Source: Macrostomum lignano (lineage: Eukaryota). Taken from it: a DNA stretch of 64,000 bases. Location: the NCBI GenBank assembly GCA_002269645.1, contig NIVC01001672.1, positions 185,071 through 249,070 on the forward strand, written 5' to 3'. Below, piece by piece: positions 12,280 through 25,171 of this stretch. Every line of letters starts with the position of its first letter. Positions within the stretch are counted from its first letter, which is position 1. The notes under the pieces were generated by a model. The model searched no databases. It was not told the DNA's origin and worked only from the letters and a program-made list of their open reading frames with translations. The translations under genes and the position numbers were made by a program.

Positions 12280-12545
12280 AAACTTTGATAAACTACAAAA
12301 TAAACCAGGCTCTCGCCTGCCCGCATTTACACGGCAACGTAATTTACAGAGCCTCCTGGCTCCCAATAAGTTTAAGTGTCAGCCAGGAAACCATTGAATC
12401 ATTTTAAATGTACATCTCTCATAGGTACAACTACTCATCAATTCTATCAGACTAAGAAAAATAATACTTAAGAGACCAACTTGCTTTGCATTACACACAG
12501 ATTTTTGGCCTGACGAAGAGCCCAGAGGCTTGAAACCGGTTGCCT
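12280..12545 (+). mobile_element. Possible Penelope-like element remnant ending in a hammerhead-like motif
   Basis: PAFTRQRNLQSLL resembles the Penelope RT/endonuclease linker motif. CTGACGA..GAAAC core at 12510-12536. Confidence 0.35.
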
Positions 12546-12576
12546 ATTTTCTAAAATAATATTTTAATACGCCGTG

Positions 12577-12845
<269 letters not shown>

Positions 12846-14176
12846 GCATGCGCGTGGGATCTGCTTCCGCTGCGAGTTTTCAGAAACCGTTCAGGTACGC
12901 GGAGGTGTTATCGGCAGGCTAAGATCTGTCAAAGCTAAAACTGGGCTAAGTTTGTTTTATTATTTCTAGTTTCTAGGGCAGTTCATTCGGTTAAGACTCT
13001 AATTTTTCTTCTCTTATCTAAATTAGCATTCAGACCGACCCAAGGACGATATTTGATAGACAAATCCGAAGCAATTGTTAATTTCTGGGGCCTTGGCTTA
13101 CTCCTACCTTACTAAATGCGATTCGGTTCTGGGTCACGCGGTGCGCCAGGGCTGGCCTAGTCAAGGGTGCATCGTTTTGCGCCCGGGCGCTCAAGCCGCT
13201 CATTGCAGTTTATTAGTAAAAGCTTCGCTTGAGCAGATATTGCACTGTCAGTTTGGTGTGCGTCTGTTTCTGCCGCTCCTAGTGGCGCCGCGCGGCTTCG
13301 TTTTATTGCTGGGTTGGCCTCAAACTAGCTGCTACTAGTTAACTTCTGTTGTTTTTTCAATGCTGCGTACGTCTGTACAAATATAATATAGGTGCCGCTC
13401 GAAGCAGCTCGTTGTTGAGCTCGTTCTTAATCTGCAGTCGGATTCACTTGGGGGGAAGAGCAATTTTAAAAGTATCAGATCGAACCGAATTTTGCAATTA
13501 GGAGTTTTTTCAACTTACGGAGGCAGATTATTTAAGGACAACTGGTGGGGGTGGCGAGCTGCAATTCCGACAATAATGGACTCTTATAATATAATAGTTA
13601 GAGAGCAAAAGAAGTGACTCTGGGGCATTCTGTTTCGAGATAACGCCCGCTGTCACAGACAGCTCTGAGACTGACTGAAAGCGACAGGGCTCTTCAGGTA
13701 ACTATTATTGCGGCCGCCCTGGAGAAGGCTTCGTAGAAAATGCCCTGTGCTGGACCCTACTTTCCTCCATTCATCTGTCCGGGCAAGCTTCAAAGCATAT
13801 TGAAACTGCATGCTGGAGCTAGCCGTCTGTTGTATTTCCACTGCATGAGAATTGTGCAGTGAGTGTCAGATTCTCTCTGTGCATCCAGCATAGGCTTCAT
13901 TCAATTCTCTCTATTTGGCTTTCTGTATGCCAGGCCTGCATGCCTGTGCGATCCTGTGACTGCGTGTCGGAGAGTGCAACTGTGGCTGCATGGGGCGGGC
14001 CGCAGCCTCGGCTGCAGCCAATGAGAATCGGCCGCCAGCCCACCGGGTGTGCACTTTTTTCCTGTCTGGGTTGGGGTTGGAGGGGGCTAGCAGGAGGAGT
14101 CGACACCGGGGCAGAGCAGAAGCGTTTTTGATGTTCTTTCTCTCTTTCTTCTTTTTCCGTCGGAGCCGGAGAGCTC

Positions 14177-14184
14177 TATTTAAA
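14177..14184 (+). promoter_or_regulatory. TATA-like box upstream of the DEG/ENaC gene
   Basis: TATTTAAA about 120 bp upstream of ATG 14305; AGCCAATGAG (NF-Y-like) at about 14016. Confidence 0.35.
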
Positions 14185-14304
14185 TCGGCAATGGAGTAAA
14201 AATGAAAGGCTTGAATTAAGCGGGCTGCGCCTAAGTGCTTGTTTCTCCTGCAGTTTGAGTTGTTTCACGCTGAGACATCTGGCCGCTCTGCTCAATTAGC
14301 CGTC

Positions 14305-15395
14305 ATGGGCGTCCTGCGCATGCTCGCAGAGACGTTCGTCTTCAATACCTCGATGCGTGGCTTCATGAAGCTGTACAAGACTCCGCATAGATTCCTGCGC
14401 TGCCTGTGGGCATTGTACGCCATCTCGATGCTGTCCTTATGGATCACCGCTTGCTATTTCCTTATCGAGCACTATAGCGGCTTTTATGTCACTGTGCAGC
14501 AGAGCGAACGCATCCAGGACATCACGCCGCTGCCGTCAATCACGCTATGCAGTCAGGCCCCAATGGGTGACCACGCGGCCAGCCTGTGGAGCAACGGCAC
14601 CATCATGTCGCCGATGCACCTGCACGCGGCCATGAAACGCAGCATGCGCAACGCGTTCGGCAACGGCACGAGCCGACGATTGTCGCAGTTCTACGCGGCC
14701 AAGGACGTATTCTACGCTGACAAGATATCCACATACTTTCAGAACATTGACATCACCGAGGCCAGGCGAATCGGCATGCGCCCGGAGGACTTGCTCGTGT
14801 TCTGCCTGATGAAGCACACGCCGAATAACAATCCCAGCGTCAGTCACGACGAGATCTGTCGCCTGTCAGTGAAATGGGTTCGTCACCCGCTCTACCTCAA
14901 CTGCTACACTGTCACGGTCGATCAGGAGGACACCCTCGACGTGTCTTCCGTCTCGCTGATCCTTCGCTCCGGAGTTGCGCAGCCTTTGCCGCTGCAGGGC
15001 CATGTGTTCGACTTGTTCAGCCAGTCGCAAGGTCTGAAGATCTCCCTGCACGAGCAGGGCAGCCACCCGAACATCGACGAGAGCGCCATCAGCGTTGGCA
15101 TGGGCCGCAACACGGAGATTCGGTACACTTTGGTGCAGCACAGGCGTCTGAATCTCGGCAATCAGCGAAGCAATTGCCTGGACTCGGAGAAAACTGCCAA
15201 GCAACGGGTGCTCAGAGACTTTGACGAGACCTACAATTACACATTCGACGCGTGCATGAGCCAGGCTATAGGTCAGCTGATCCTTGGCGAGTGCAATTGC
15301 GTGTCCGCCTTCCACTTGGTGACGCAGGTGCCAACGAGGAATACACCATTCTGTCACTATCACGAAGGCGAGAATACTTCCAGCTTGTTATCCAG
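14305..15395 (+). CDS. DEG/ENaC (amiloride-sensitive channel family) subunit, exon 1
   Basis: TSMRG N-terminal motif, TM1 LWALYAISMLSLWITACYFLI, LPSITLC, HPLYLNCYT, GLKISLHEQG, Cys-rich thumb YTFDAC...CNC. Donor TCC AG|gtggga (phase 2). Confidence 0.92.
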
Positions 15396-15599
15396 GTGGG
15401 AAAAGTGCATCAAATTCAGTTATGCATGTCTTATGTCATCCCTTTTTATGACACGAGTCCATCTTTTTCGGTAGCTCAATCTCAGGATCAGGACTTTCCT
15501 GCAATCAATCAAGTAATCTTTCGGGAGCTCATGAGTGCATGAAAAATATCTAAGCAAAACAAGCCCTCATGAGCTCGTACATTGATAGCTTTTTATTAC

Positions 15600-15838
15600 A
15601 CCTGCCCTAATGGGGCTGCATCTGAAGGCTGCGTACGGCTGTTCAGTTCAAGGACTGGGGGGTCGCCACACACACCCTCAATTACCCCAGCTAATGGTGG
15701 CACCCATTTTACAACTGGGTGAACTGAACCAATGCAGAGTTAAGTGTCTTGCTCGGGGACACAAATTGTTCTGAGTGGGTCGAGAATCGAACCCCCGACC
15801 TTTCAGTCGTGAGTCCGAACCACTAGGCTGCAACCCCC
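15600..15838 (-). mobile_element. tRNA-derived CORE-SINE, copy 1 (ENaC intron)
   Basis: 15703-15762 CCCATTTTACAACTGGGTGAACTGAACCAATGCAGAGTTAAGTGTCTTGCTCGGGGACAC matches the reverse complement of the MIR core. B-box GGTTCGATTC on the minus strand. Second copy at 51865-52087. Confidence 0.8.
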
Positions 15839-16471
15839 TTACTTTGATGCTGTATTGTCAAAAGTTTGTCATAGTTTTAACTTGAAATACGTCGGAGAAT
15901 TCGTTTAGCCTAAATCTGAGACCAACTTTACAAAAATCGGCTGATCCCAACTGAAGTTATGATAAATCAAGTAAAACTTTAAGCACAAACTCGCGTATCT
16001 GTTGTGTGTAAAATGAAAACCTGCAGTCAGTTACTGGCGTCTGTAGGTGCGGCTTTGAAAAGATTTGACACCATTGGGTACAAAAGCTACACTCGCAAAA
16101 TCTTGCAAGTTTTTGCTGGAGGCCTGCATGTTTTCGCTGCAAAATGCATTGGCGAGATGAGAATATTTCCATTTTTTTGCTCTAAATTCACAATAATATC
16201 TCACCTGCTAGACTTACAAGCAACATTTTTCAATTTTTTTCTTGTTCGAATTTGTCCATGCAAAACCCCACTCAGCGCGATCTGCTTCAGCTATCCAGGG
16301 TTAGCACTATAGAAATTTGTTCAAGAGCTTCTTGCATGATCTATTTGAGCATCAAAATGAATACCTCATATTCTCGCCAATTAATCATATGATGGTAATT
16401 TTAAGTATATTAATCCATTTCGACAGGTAAATGAATCCGCATCATTGATGTTTATTCCCTTCAATATTCAG

Positions 16472-17333
16472 GCTTGACTGCGTTAGAAACATCAAGCTGC
16501 CGCATCGCATAGCGCAGCTGCGCACCACCACCTGTCTGAGAAGGTGCAACTTCAACCAATTCGATATGCAGGTCAGCTCCGCCCAATGGATGCCGACCCG
16601 ATGGCAGCTCAAACTCGTCCTGCAGCTGGCCCCCGCCTGGGACATCATGATCGATCACCACTCCAGCGAGGCCGAGGTGGCGGAGGCTCGCAGGAGGCTG
16701 ATGAGTTTCATTGATTCGCCAAATGAGCAGCGACAGCTGCTGAGCAACACCAGCGAACCGGACATAAGCCGCCTGACGCTGGTGACCGTCTCCAGGGCAA
16801 CCTACAACACGATATTGAAGACTGAGACTCTGCAGGTGACGCTCTCCACCCTGCTAGCTCAAATTGGCGGTCTGGGCTCGGTGACCATTGGCCTAACCAT
16901 AACGGTGCTATTTGAGGCCTGCGAATACTTCTACCTGACCACTTTCAACATCTACAAACACCTGAGAGACAAGCGACGGAAGCGGAAAAATCCTGCAGCA
17001 CTAGAAGAGGACGAAAAAAGCGACGATGACGGCGGCAGCGGAGCCGGCGAAGGCGTCTGCGACGGCGACTGCGAGGAGGACGCCATCGGCGACGTCTTTG
17101 GCGACGACAATGACGACGACGACGACAACAAATCCGGCGTGAAGCAGGACGATTCGGCCGGTGATCATGCTCACAACAGTGACCAAGGTGAGACGCTGCC
17201 GTTGAATTCACTGAATCGTGCCTCCGGCAGGAACAGCGGCCGACACTCGTTGGGCGACAACGAAGACGAAGACGCCAGTTCAGAGTCGTGGAAAGCGGAG
17301 GCACGAATCCACAGACCCCTGGCGTTGGCGTGA
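16472..17333 (+). CDS. DEG/ENaC subunit, exon 2 (TM2 and acidic C-tail)
   Basis: ttcag|G CTT GAC TGC matches phase. CLRRCNFNQFDMQVSSAQW, then TM2 LLAQIGGLGSVTIGLTITVLFEACEY, then a long Asp/Glu-rich tail and TGA at 17333. Spliced length about 650 aa. Confidence 0.92.
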
Positions 17334-17683
17334 CCTACGGGTTTGGGTGCACGTGCCACCCGGTTTTGTGGATCAAGTACCAAGACCAGCTGCCCTTGAT
17401 TATCTTCAGTGCCATTTATGCGAAGCTTGAACCCAATTGAAACAGATTCCCCTACACCCAACATAAGGAAGCAGAGCTGAACGGGCACTAGAGGGGTGTT
17501 TTGTTTGTTTTACTGTACGTTTTGATACTGTAACGCTGCATCCTGAGAATTCGCCGACTACCTCTTTCATGAATGTCTGCTAAGTTCGCGTGCAGTATCT
17601 GAGCAATGCATTTTGTTGAGCAAAACGGTTCTAAAAAAAATTGTTGAAAGATGTAACAGGTTATATGATTTTGCAATGACTAG

Positions 17684-17751
17684 ATGTTGCTATAGCCGGG
17701 TGTTGCTAGCCGGATGTTGCTAGCCGGATGTTGCTAGCCGGATGTTTAGCC
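17684..17751. repeat. 14-bp tandem repeat (TGTTGCTAGCCGGA) x4-5
   Basis: Directly visible. Confidence 0.85.
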
Positions 17752-18766
17752 AGTTCATTATTTAAAATATTGAACACGGGATAAACTCCTCAGATAAAAT
17801 TTGGACACGGCAGCCACTTTAACTAGGCGACCCGGACCCGCGATTCGGCACCGGATGAGATGCAAATGTCGGCTAAACAAACGGGGAATCTGCCTAATTT
17901 AACGTCCCAAGTAAGCGAGAGGTTGGCAATGAAATACACAATGCAAGAGAAACAATCTTTAGTTATACTCGTATTAATAAAGCAAAATCAACTGTTTTGT
18001 GATCAAATTGCTATACTTTAGGATGCAGCGCTTCAATCTTTTAAAAACGCTCACAAAATAAGGAATTGCAGCTTTCAGAAACGAAAAAGCAAGTTCTTCA
18101 CCAGCTTATTTTACTCGTAAAGTTCATTTTCCATTTCTGCACATCTGGTCGCTCACGCAGCATAGCTGAATTTTATGACAATTTAAACTGACATCGTACA
18201 AGTTCATATCTAGTTAAATTTTGAAACAGTCTTTTTGATGACACTGTTGCATAGGAGTTGCAATTTTGCTTGCGCTGTATTAATCATTCATTAATGTTGA
18301 ATTGTCTGTATGTAAAACGATCATTTGCTATGTATGAAGTATGCGTACTACACTAAATCATCTTGTTCAAGCCCTATGTTTAAGGGCGCACAGCTTTATA
18401 ATATATTTTCAATAATTAGTGTATCTATTGCAATGAAGACTTATGCATCCTTTACAAAGGACAGAAAAATTTCTGTCGATTTCTATAAATTTGTTCTGGT
18501 TGGATGATTTCCTAAAACAAGTGCTTGAGCTGACGTGCTTTGTAAAATTCTTTTTTTTTTTATACAGTGACCTGCATGGTCCTTACCTTCAAATAAGTCA
18601 CCAAAAAGTAAGCGCAGATAGAAACAGCCACAAAGAGGATGTGAACTTAAGCGTGATTTGGAAGCCGTGAGTCCAGCAACCAAACCGCTTCGAAATTCTC
18701 ACTATTCAGACCCAAAATAGACAAGAAAAGCGTAATTGATCTTTCTTCCACCCCGGCCGCTTCCGC

Positions 18767-19037
18767 ATGGGATAAATGGGGAAAATGGGGATTTCATGTG
18801 AACTTAAGGCTATGAAATGGAAGCGGTGGCTGATTGAGCCGGTTTCTCTATCGGATCTCTCTACTGGACCGACAAAATGAGAGAAGAATCGTCGAAAAAA
18901 GCATCTCTCTATCATTTGGTCTCCCTGAATGGGATAAATGGGGAAAATGGGGATTTCATGTGAACTTAAGGCTATGAAATGGAAGCGGTGGCCGATTGAG
19001 CCGGTTTCTCTATCGGATCTCTCTACTGGACCGACAA
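18767..19037. repeat. About 109-bp direct duplication, period 162 bp
   Basis: atgggataaatggggaaaatgggg...ggaccgacaa at 18767-18875 and 18929-19037, nearly identical. Confidence 0.9.
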
Positions 19038-19413
19038 TGAGAATCTGACCGATGAAGCAGGCCGGCAAAGCTGCATGCCTTGAGTCTTTATGTTGAAGAA
19101 TGTTATATGATTTCTGTAATTGTATTTAACGTTAAAGTATCTTTTTAAGTATCTGTATTAGACTTTTTTGAACAGGTTTAATAAAATATTAAAATGCACG
19201 ATTTTAGTACTGTATGAATACCAGTGCATTTGCAAATAATGGGAACCAAAAGTGCATGAGCAAATATTAACAAGCACAAGTATACATGTAACAGAGCAAG
19301 TAGTGGCAAGCAAAAGTTCATAGGTAGGTATAAGTCTTTCGAATGTTGGAGTGCATCGCAAGGAAAAACTATAAACTTGTCTAGCTCTGGTCTACGATCT
19401 GGTGAAAGCACGG

Positions 19414-20085
19414 TCAGTCTTTCTTTTGCACAACTACAGCAACAAAATTTTGTGCATCCCGGAGAAACGGATTGCAGTTGGGCTCAATTCTGGAATCGCC
19501 AATCAACCACCATACATTGTCATGCCAAACACTGGTAGTGTAGTGCCCGCGATGGAGAGATCTGCCATAGTGGCATATCACTATCACAGGACTGCCGAAG
19601 TCGGAATTACTCTCAGATCTTGGTGAGTACCGTATTTGGGTGTTGATTTTTTCGGCGTTATAGTTTTCTGGTGTCCTGCTGAAGTAAATCATTGCAAACT
19701 TCGCCGCTGACAGAATAATCTGCTCTTCAATCAAGCCTTCGCATCCTAATTGGCCGCACTGCGAAATGCGTGGTCGCAGTCGCTCTTCCAAAAGATCGTA
19801 AAGGCTAATCGGAGCCCTGCTGTACTCTGAGAGAGGAACGCAAAGAATTTGTTCACTGATTGTTCCTGTTTGAATCGAGGCTGCGCTGTAGCCACAACGT
19901 CGACAATTACGGAGCGCAGTAACATCTGCAAGGGCGCCATTAGCAACCGAGAGAGTCGAAAGCAGGGCTTCCAAGAACTCCAGAAAGCAGTGCTGCTCAC
20001 CAGCAGCAAATCTGCCGGGCAAAATGCGCCTGATAATTCCTTGTACTTCTGCGGCAGAAGTAAAGAAGCTAAGAAAATTATTAAT
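19414..20085 (-). pseudogene. Intronless ubiquitin-specific protease (USP/C19)-like domain with no clear Cys box
   Basis: EQHCFLEFL (QxDxxEF-like), CRRC and CGQLGC zinc-finger pairs, His box CHYGRSLHRGHYT and WWLIGDSRI. In-frame stops upstream at about 20095-20100. Confidence 0.6.
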
Positions 20086-20164
20086 TTCAGGTCGTTATTA
20101 ACGAAAAATGCAACTTTTCAAACTTGTGTTTACCGTTAAATTTTACGTTACGTTACTTCGACCC

Positions 20165-23100
20165 GGGTCGTTCTCAAAGCTAGGTCACAACTTTTTGTTA
20201 TTGCAAAAAAAGTTTATACATCGACCAATAATCGTACAAAAAAAATTCTTTTGACAATTTCTGTAAGAAGCTGCTACTAAAACCACAAGAAAACTTGAAA
20301 TTGAGAAGAAATCAAGGCTATTTGTTATTCTTTGTTGCGGAAAATAAACGACAAAAATATTAAAGAGAAAATAAAATTTTCTTCCATTTTTATTTTAAAT
20401 ATGCAGTTAAATTTCTTTTGCAAAAATAAAAGAACAAGAAATTGACAAAGGAAATGTTTTTGAGCACAGCATTTTGTTACTCTGCTCCAAATCCCAGACA
20501 TTCAAAATTATCGTGTGCGAAAAAGTGCGAAATTATTATAGCATGCACTCGAAAGAACTTCGATCAGTTTAACTAATCACTGAATTGAGAAGTCTAAATA
20601 AGTCTTGAAAGGTTGAATTAAAAATCAAGTTTTCACTATGTATCTTTTCAAAGGCAAGATGATTCGACAAATAAAGAATGTTCATTTTTACCTTGAATAG
20701 AATTGTTCATTTTTACATTAAATATAATAAAATCTAACTAATAATAGAAAAAGTCAGGGAACTATCCTTGAACACCAAAAAGCACATTGTGGATTTAATA
20801 TCGACTGCATGTTCCTTAATAAAGGAATTCAGATACTAGTATATATTTGATTATTTGTAGCATAATTTCTGAAAACTATAACTTGCTTGATTTTACTTTA
20901 AGTACTCATTACATTAATACTTATACCAAAGCTACATGTACTTAAAATAAAAAATCATAGTTACTTATTAGACATTTTACTCCAATTAACCTAAAATAAT
21001 TCAAATTTATTTTAATTCATTCATTTTTTGAAACTTTTTGGAAAATAGACAAAATTGAATTATTTAAATACCAAAAACCTACTAGCTTAACTAAAATAGC
21101 AATTAGTCTTTAAGAAAATATTTCACTTGTTAATTGAGAAAAATGAGGATGTGCGAGGTGTAAAAATGCGAAAGAGCATGCAGGAAACAGAGACAAACAA
21201 AAATGTAGGTAATAGACACTGCACATGCACATAATATGATAACCAGACATAATGCGCACACTGAAACACCAGTAGCAATGACGCCCAAGCTTTTGATGAT
21301 CACAAGCGAAAAGGCAAAACCCAGCCATCAATCAAAGAAGTAGACTATAGCACACATCTTGAGTGCATCACGCATTTTTTGCAGAGAAGCTCGAAAATTA
21401 ACATTGTATTCTGTGCACAACCACCAACTGCGACAGGGTCTGCCGGGGGATTTGTGGGCACGCGGTCGCGGATACAAATCGGAGGAGTCGCTGACCATTC
21501 TGAAATTACTAGCTAGTACATGTAATTTTGTGTATTAATATATTTAGCCCGCTTTATTTCTATGCTCTCGTCTGCCTCTCGTTAATGCATCCCCAGACTC
21601 ATGCAATAATCAAACTTATGATCGAACTATGCATGGCTTCCGTCCCTCGCTTTGAATCTCTCACCTCCCCATAGTTCCATCAACCTTACCGTAGTGGCTT
21701 CCTATGCAAAAATCATCCCTCCGCATCTTACACAGGCTACTTCAGGCTGTAGACTGTACTACACTATTAATTAGTTGCGCTAAGGAATCTACATGTATTT
21801 GCTCGCAGCGCAGCGCGCTGCTCAAAGAAGTTTAGATCTGTCTAGATATTCTAGTAATTTCAGGTTTGTCCATAGACTAGAGCTCATGAGATGAGAATTC
21901 CATTAACTAGTACGTTTAATGTAGGATTCATACATCGATTTTGCGTGCTTAAATGGTCTATGCACGAGTGCGCGCAGCGTGTGTGTGTGCTGTGCATACA
22001 TATGTATAATATACGAGTAGTTTATGGGCCAAATTATTGTGTGGCACAATTCTTGGCATCACTCAGCAGGCACAAGATGCAGTTAAGCAGCGCACGAAAA
22101 TTCTACAAAAGAAATTGAGCCTGGTTGAGGTGATGCGAGGAGGCAGATCCACACAATCTCAGTGAATACACCAGACTGCACCAGATACGAGTCCAGTCGA
22201 ATGTGCGCACTGGTCTAAGCAGCACACGCATGTCCTCCTGACAATGACGGCACCTAGCTTCGTCCAAGCCTTTGCCAGCGTCACTGACAGCGTCAATACT
22301 ACCATGCAGTGCCACCTGCAGCACCGACAACGGCAATTCCTCCAGTTAGCCCACAACAGTGGCTAAACTGAGGGACAGGGAACCTACCCGCAGAAGACAC
22401 ACACATACACACACAGCACCGGCAGCAGCACTCTGACAGCATAACCTAAAGCTCCATGAGCTCAGTTTTCAAGCATTGAAGAAGCAGAAGCAGTCATCTT
22501 GAATCCAGGGATCAGGAAGAGTGTTGCATGTCCGACATGTGCTGTTTCCGTGGCAAAAGGTGATGGAGCAAATTAATCAACACTTACTATCTAGCTCGTA
22601 TTAAGACTAAAAAACTGAGGCAAGCTGGGATTAAACCAAAGAAAATTTTTTACTATACTTTTTTACCATATACTTTTACTATACTTCTATAGTATAGTAG
22701 AGAGGTACTCTATTTAAATGCAGTAAGAAGTGAAACAAATTTATATATTTAATTATTAAATTAAATTAATTCAAGGTAAATAACTAATTTAACCAATTTA
22801 TTAGGAGTATTTAATATTATAATAAATTGATTTTTATACCTTACACGAAATAAGCTCTACATTCATTTCTTAGCTTGGGGCCCATCTGTATAAGGTCAGT
22901 TTCTTCAAAATGCTGATTAATTAATTAAGGCCTGTTGTCTTTACTTAAATTTATAAGGGCATCTTAGAAGTTAATATTACTATATAATACATGTATAATA
23001 TTATTACTGTATTATAATAATATAGTTGCAATTTTAATGACTATTGAATAAGTCTAAATGCTTCCCCTATTGACTCTAAATACATGGTATCTTTCCCTTC

Positions 23101-24009
23101 AGAAAAAATTAGCATAGAATGACTTGATGAAAACAAAAAAAAATCATTTCGAGATACACATTTGCTGATCATTCAGGTCAAATTTCAAGGTCCAGTTTTG
23201 CACATGTTTCTCTGTAGCTTGGTTACAAGGATTCTAATAAAAATATAATAAATATGTCCAATGAACTAACTGATACATAGCCAAATTGAAGTATTTTCAA
23301 AAACAAAAAAAATCATTTGCTCAGTTTACTTTACTGGATATCTGTGTAAAATTTCAGCTCAAAAGGTGCTCCATGGAGAATGCTAGTGTGGTTACAGGAT
23401 ATGTATTTTGTGCTTCAAAGTAGGAGTTTATTGCGATGCATGGTTGCTTTTAATTATTTTTATCAACAATAGTGCTCTATTTCATAACAATTTTTTACAA
23501 AAAGATAATAAGACATGTTTTTCTAATTATCTGCATCAAAATGTATCATTTTAAGCGCACATTCTAGACGTCAGCTGAAAAATACATTTTGTGAGACGCA
23601 AAGAGGCTATCCCACCGGAAATGCTAGGCGCACAGTTAAGCGTCTATAAAATCATTTATAGTGCAGTTTATTAAGCTTTAAAAAAAATCTTAAATTAAAT
23701 TTATATAAGCTTTCATTTTAAATGTAATATAGCAAGTTTTCAACACAACAACAACTTTTTTTAGCTACAGACATCATAGTGTCAAAAATTAGGACATCGG
23801 TGAAGTGATTGAATTTGAATTTTTTCATCACCTAATATCGCCTAATACCGCAAGACAACTTAAAACACTTTTGCAACATAAATTTCAACCCAAAAATTAT
23901 CTTTATTCACAGATGAAAGTGTCCTATTATTTTCAATACGGCAGTAACAATAGTAAATGTTCCGAAAATTGTTAAAATTTTCGCTCCTCCCAGAATTTGA
24001 GAACGACCC
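20165..24009. mobile_element. Candidate 3.8-kb non-autonomous DNA transposon
   Basis: Perfect 14-bp inverted repeats GGGTCGTTCTCAAA (20165-20178) and TTTGAGAACGACCC (23996-24009), flanked by ACCC on both sides (20161-64, 24010-13). Confidence 0.45.
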
Positions 24010-25171
24010 ACCCGGTGGTTTTGGTTTTATGAGTTCAATACTGAAAAAAAATCTTAATTCGAAATGAATTGAAGTCTTAGGCATTCAAAATTGATTGATG
24101 TTCGTAGTTAAATTTATTTAAACTGTCTAGGCCCTATGATGACTGATTTTTTCTAAATGTAGGCCAATGCCTACTAGAGTCTAGATCAAGATTAGACATA
24201 GCGTTGGCCCTGACCAACTTCTCTTACACAGGACTGTTTTTTTATTTTTAGACTGCATATTCTTTATTGACCCTGCTTATTCATATTTTCAACATTTTTA
24301 TAATACATTTTGCCCATTAGTATTAGGCCTAGGGGCTAGGTACTGTGATCAATTTTGCCCAATACGGCAATAGGCCCTAATGTTAGGCCTAATAAAATTA
24401 GGACCTAATATTACTAATTTACTTAAGCCTTTTTTTGCCATAATGCCTCAGGCGGTAAGCTTGATCTGGCCTAATGCTATGGTCTAGATATATAGTATAG
24501 CCTAGTAGGCCCTATATATACAATAATATAGGCCAAGGCTATGTTATAATTATATTCAAACCTAGCCTTGTTACTATTAGTATTAGTTCTATTAATATAT
24601 TATTATTATTATCGTTATTGTTAGATTCTATTATTATATTATAATAGTAGGCCTAGGGCCTTTTTATTGAGTTTAATACCATAGTTAGAGATTGCAAATC
24701 TCAGCTGTTTTATGATCCTAGGATCCTGGACAAAGCAATGACTCAATCCTAGGATCCCGGACCCAATCCCAGGATTGACATTTTAAATATTTTTGCTGAT
24801 AGAATGCTAGACAACCCATTTTTTAAAACATTTTTTTAAAAGTAATAACTTTTCTATTTGATTTTACAAAAAATGAGAATACAAATGTTGAATGTGTAAA
24901 GTAAATACATTTTATGTTTCTCAACTGAACAGAATTACCAAGTATCTATTATCTAATATAATAATGGTTTCTTTTCTTGTTTTGTTATTTTCTACACTTG
25001 TAATTGTAACTTACAAGCTCGTAATATATGTATGCAAATATAAGTTCATGATCACAATCATGCCCTATTGCAGCGCATGGCTTAAGTACGCCAGACGCCT
25101 ATACAACCTGCGCCACACTGTGAAATGACTTACTTGTGAAAGAAACCCTAAAGCAAAATTAACGCAGTTCT

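Noticed and set aside
22100-22400. GC-rich stretch resembling a decayed coding fragment
   Set aside because: Multiple stops and no recognisable motif.
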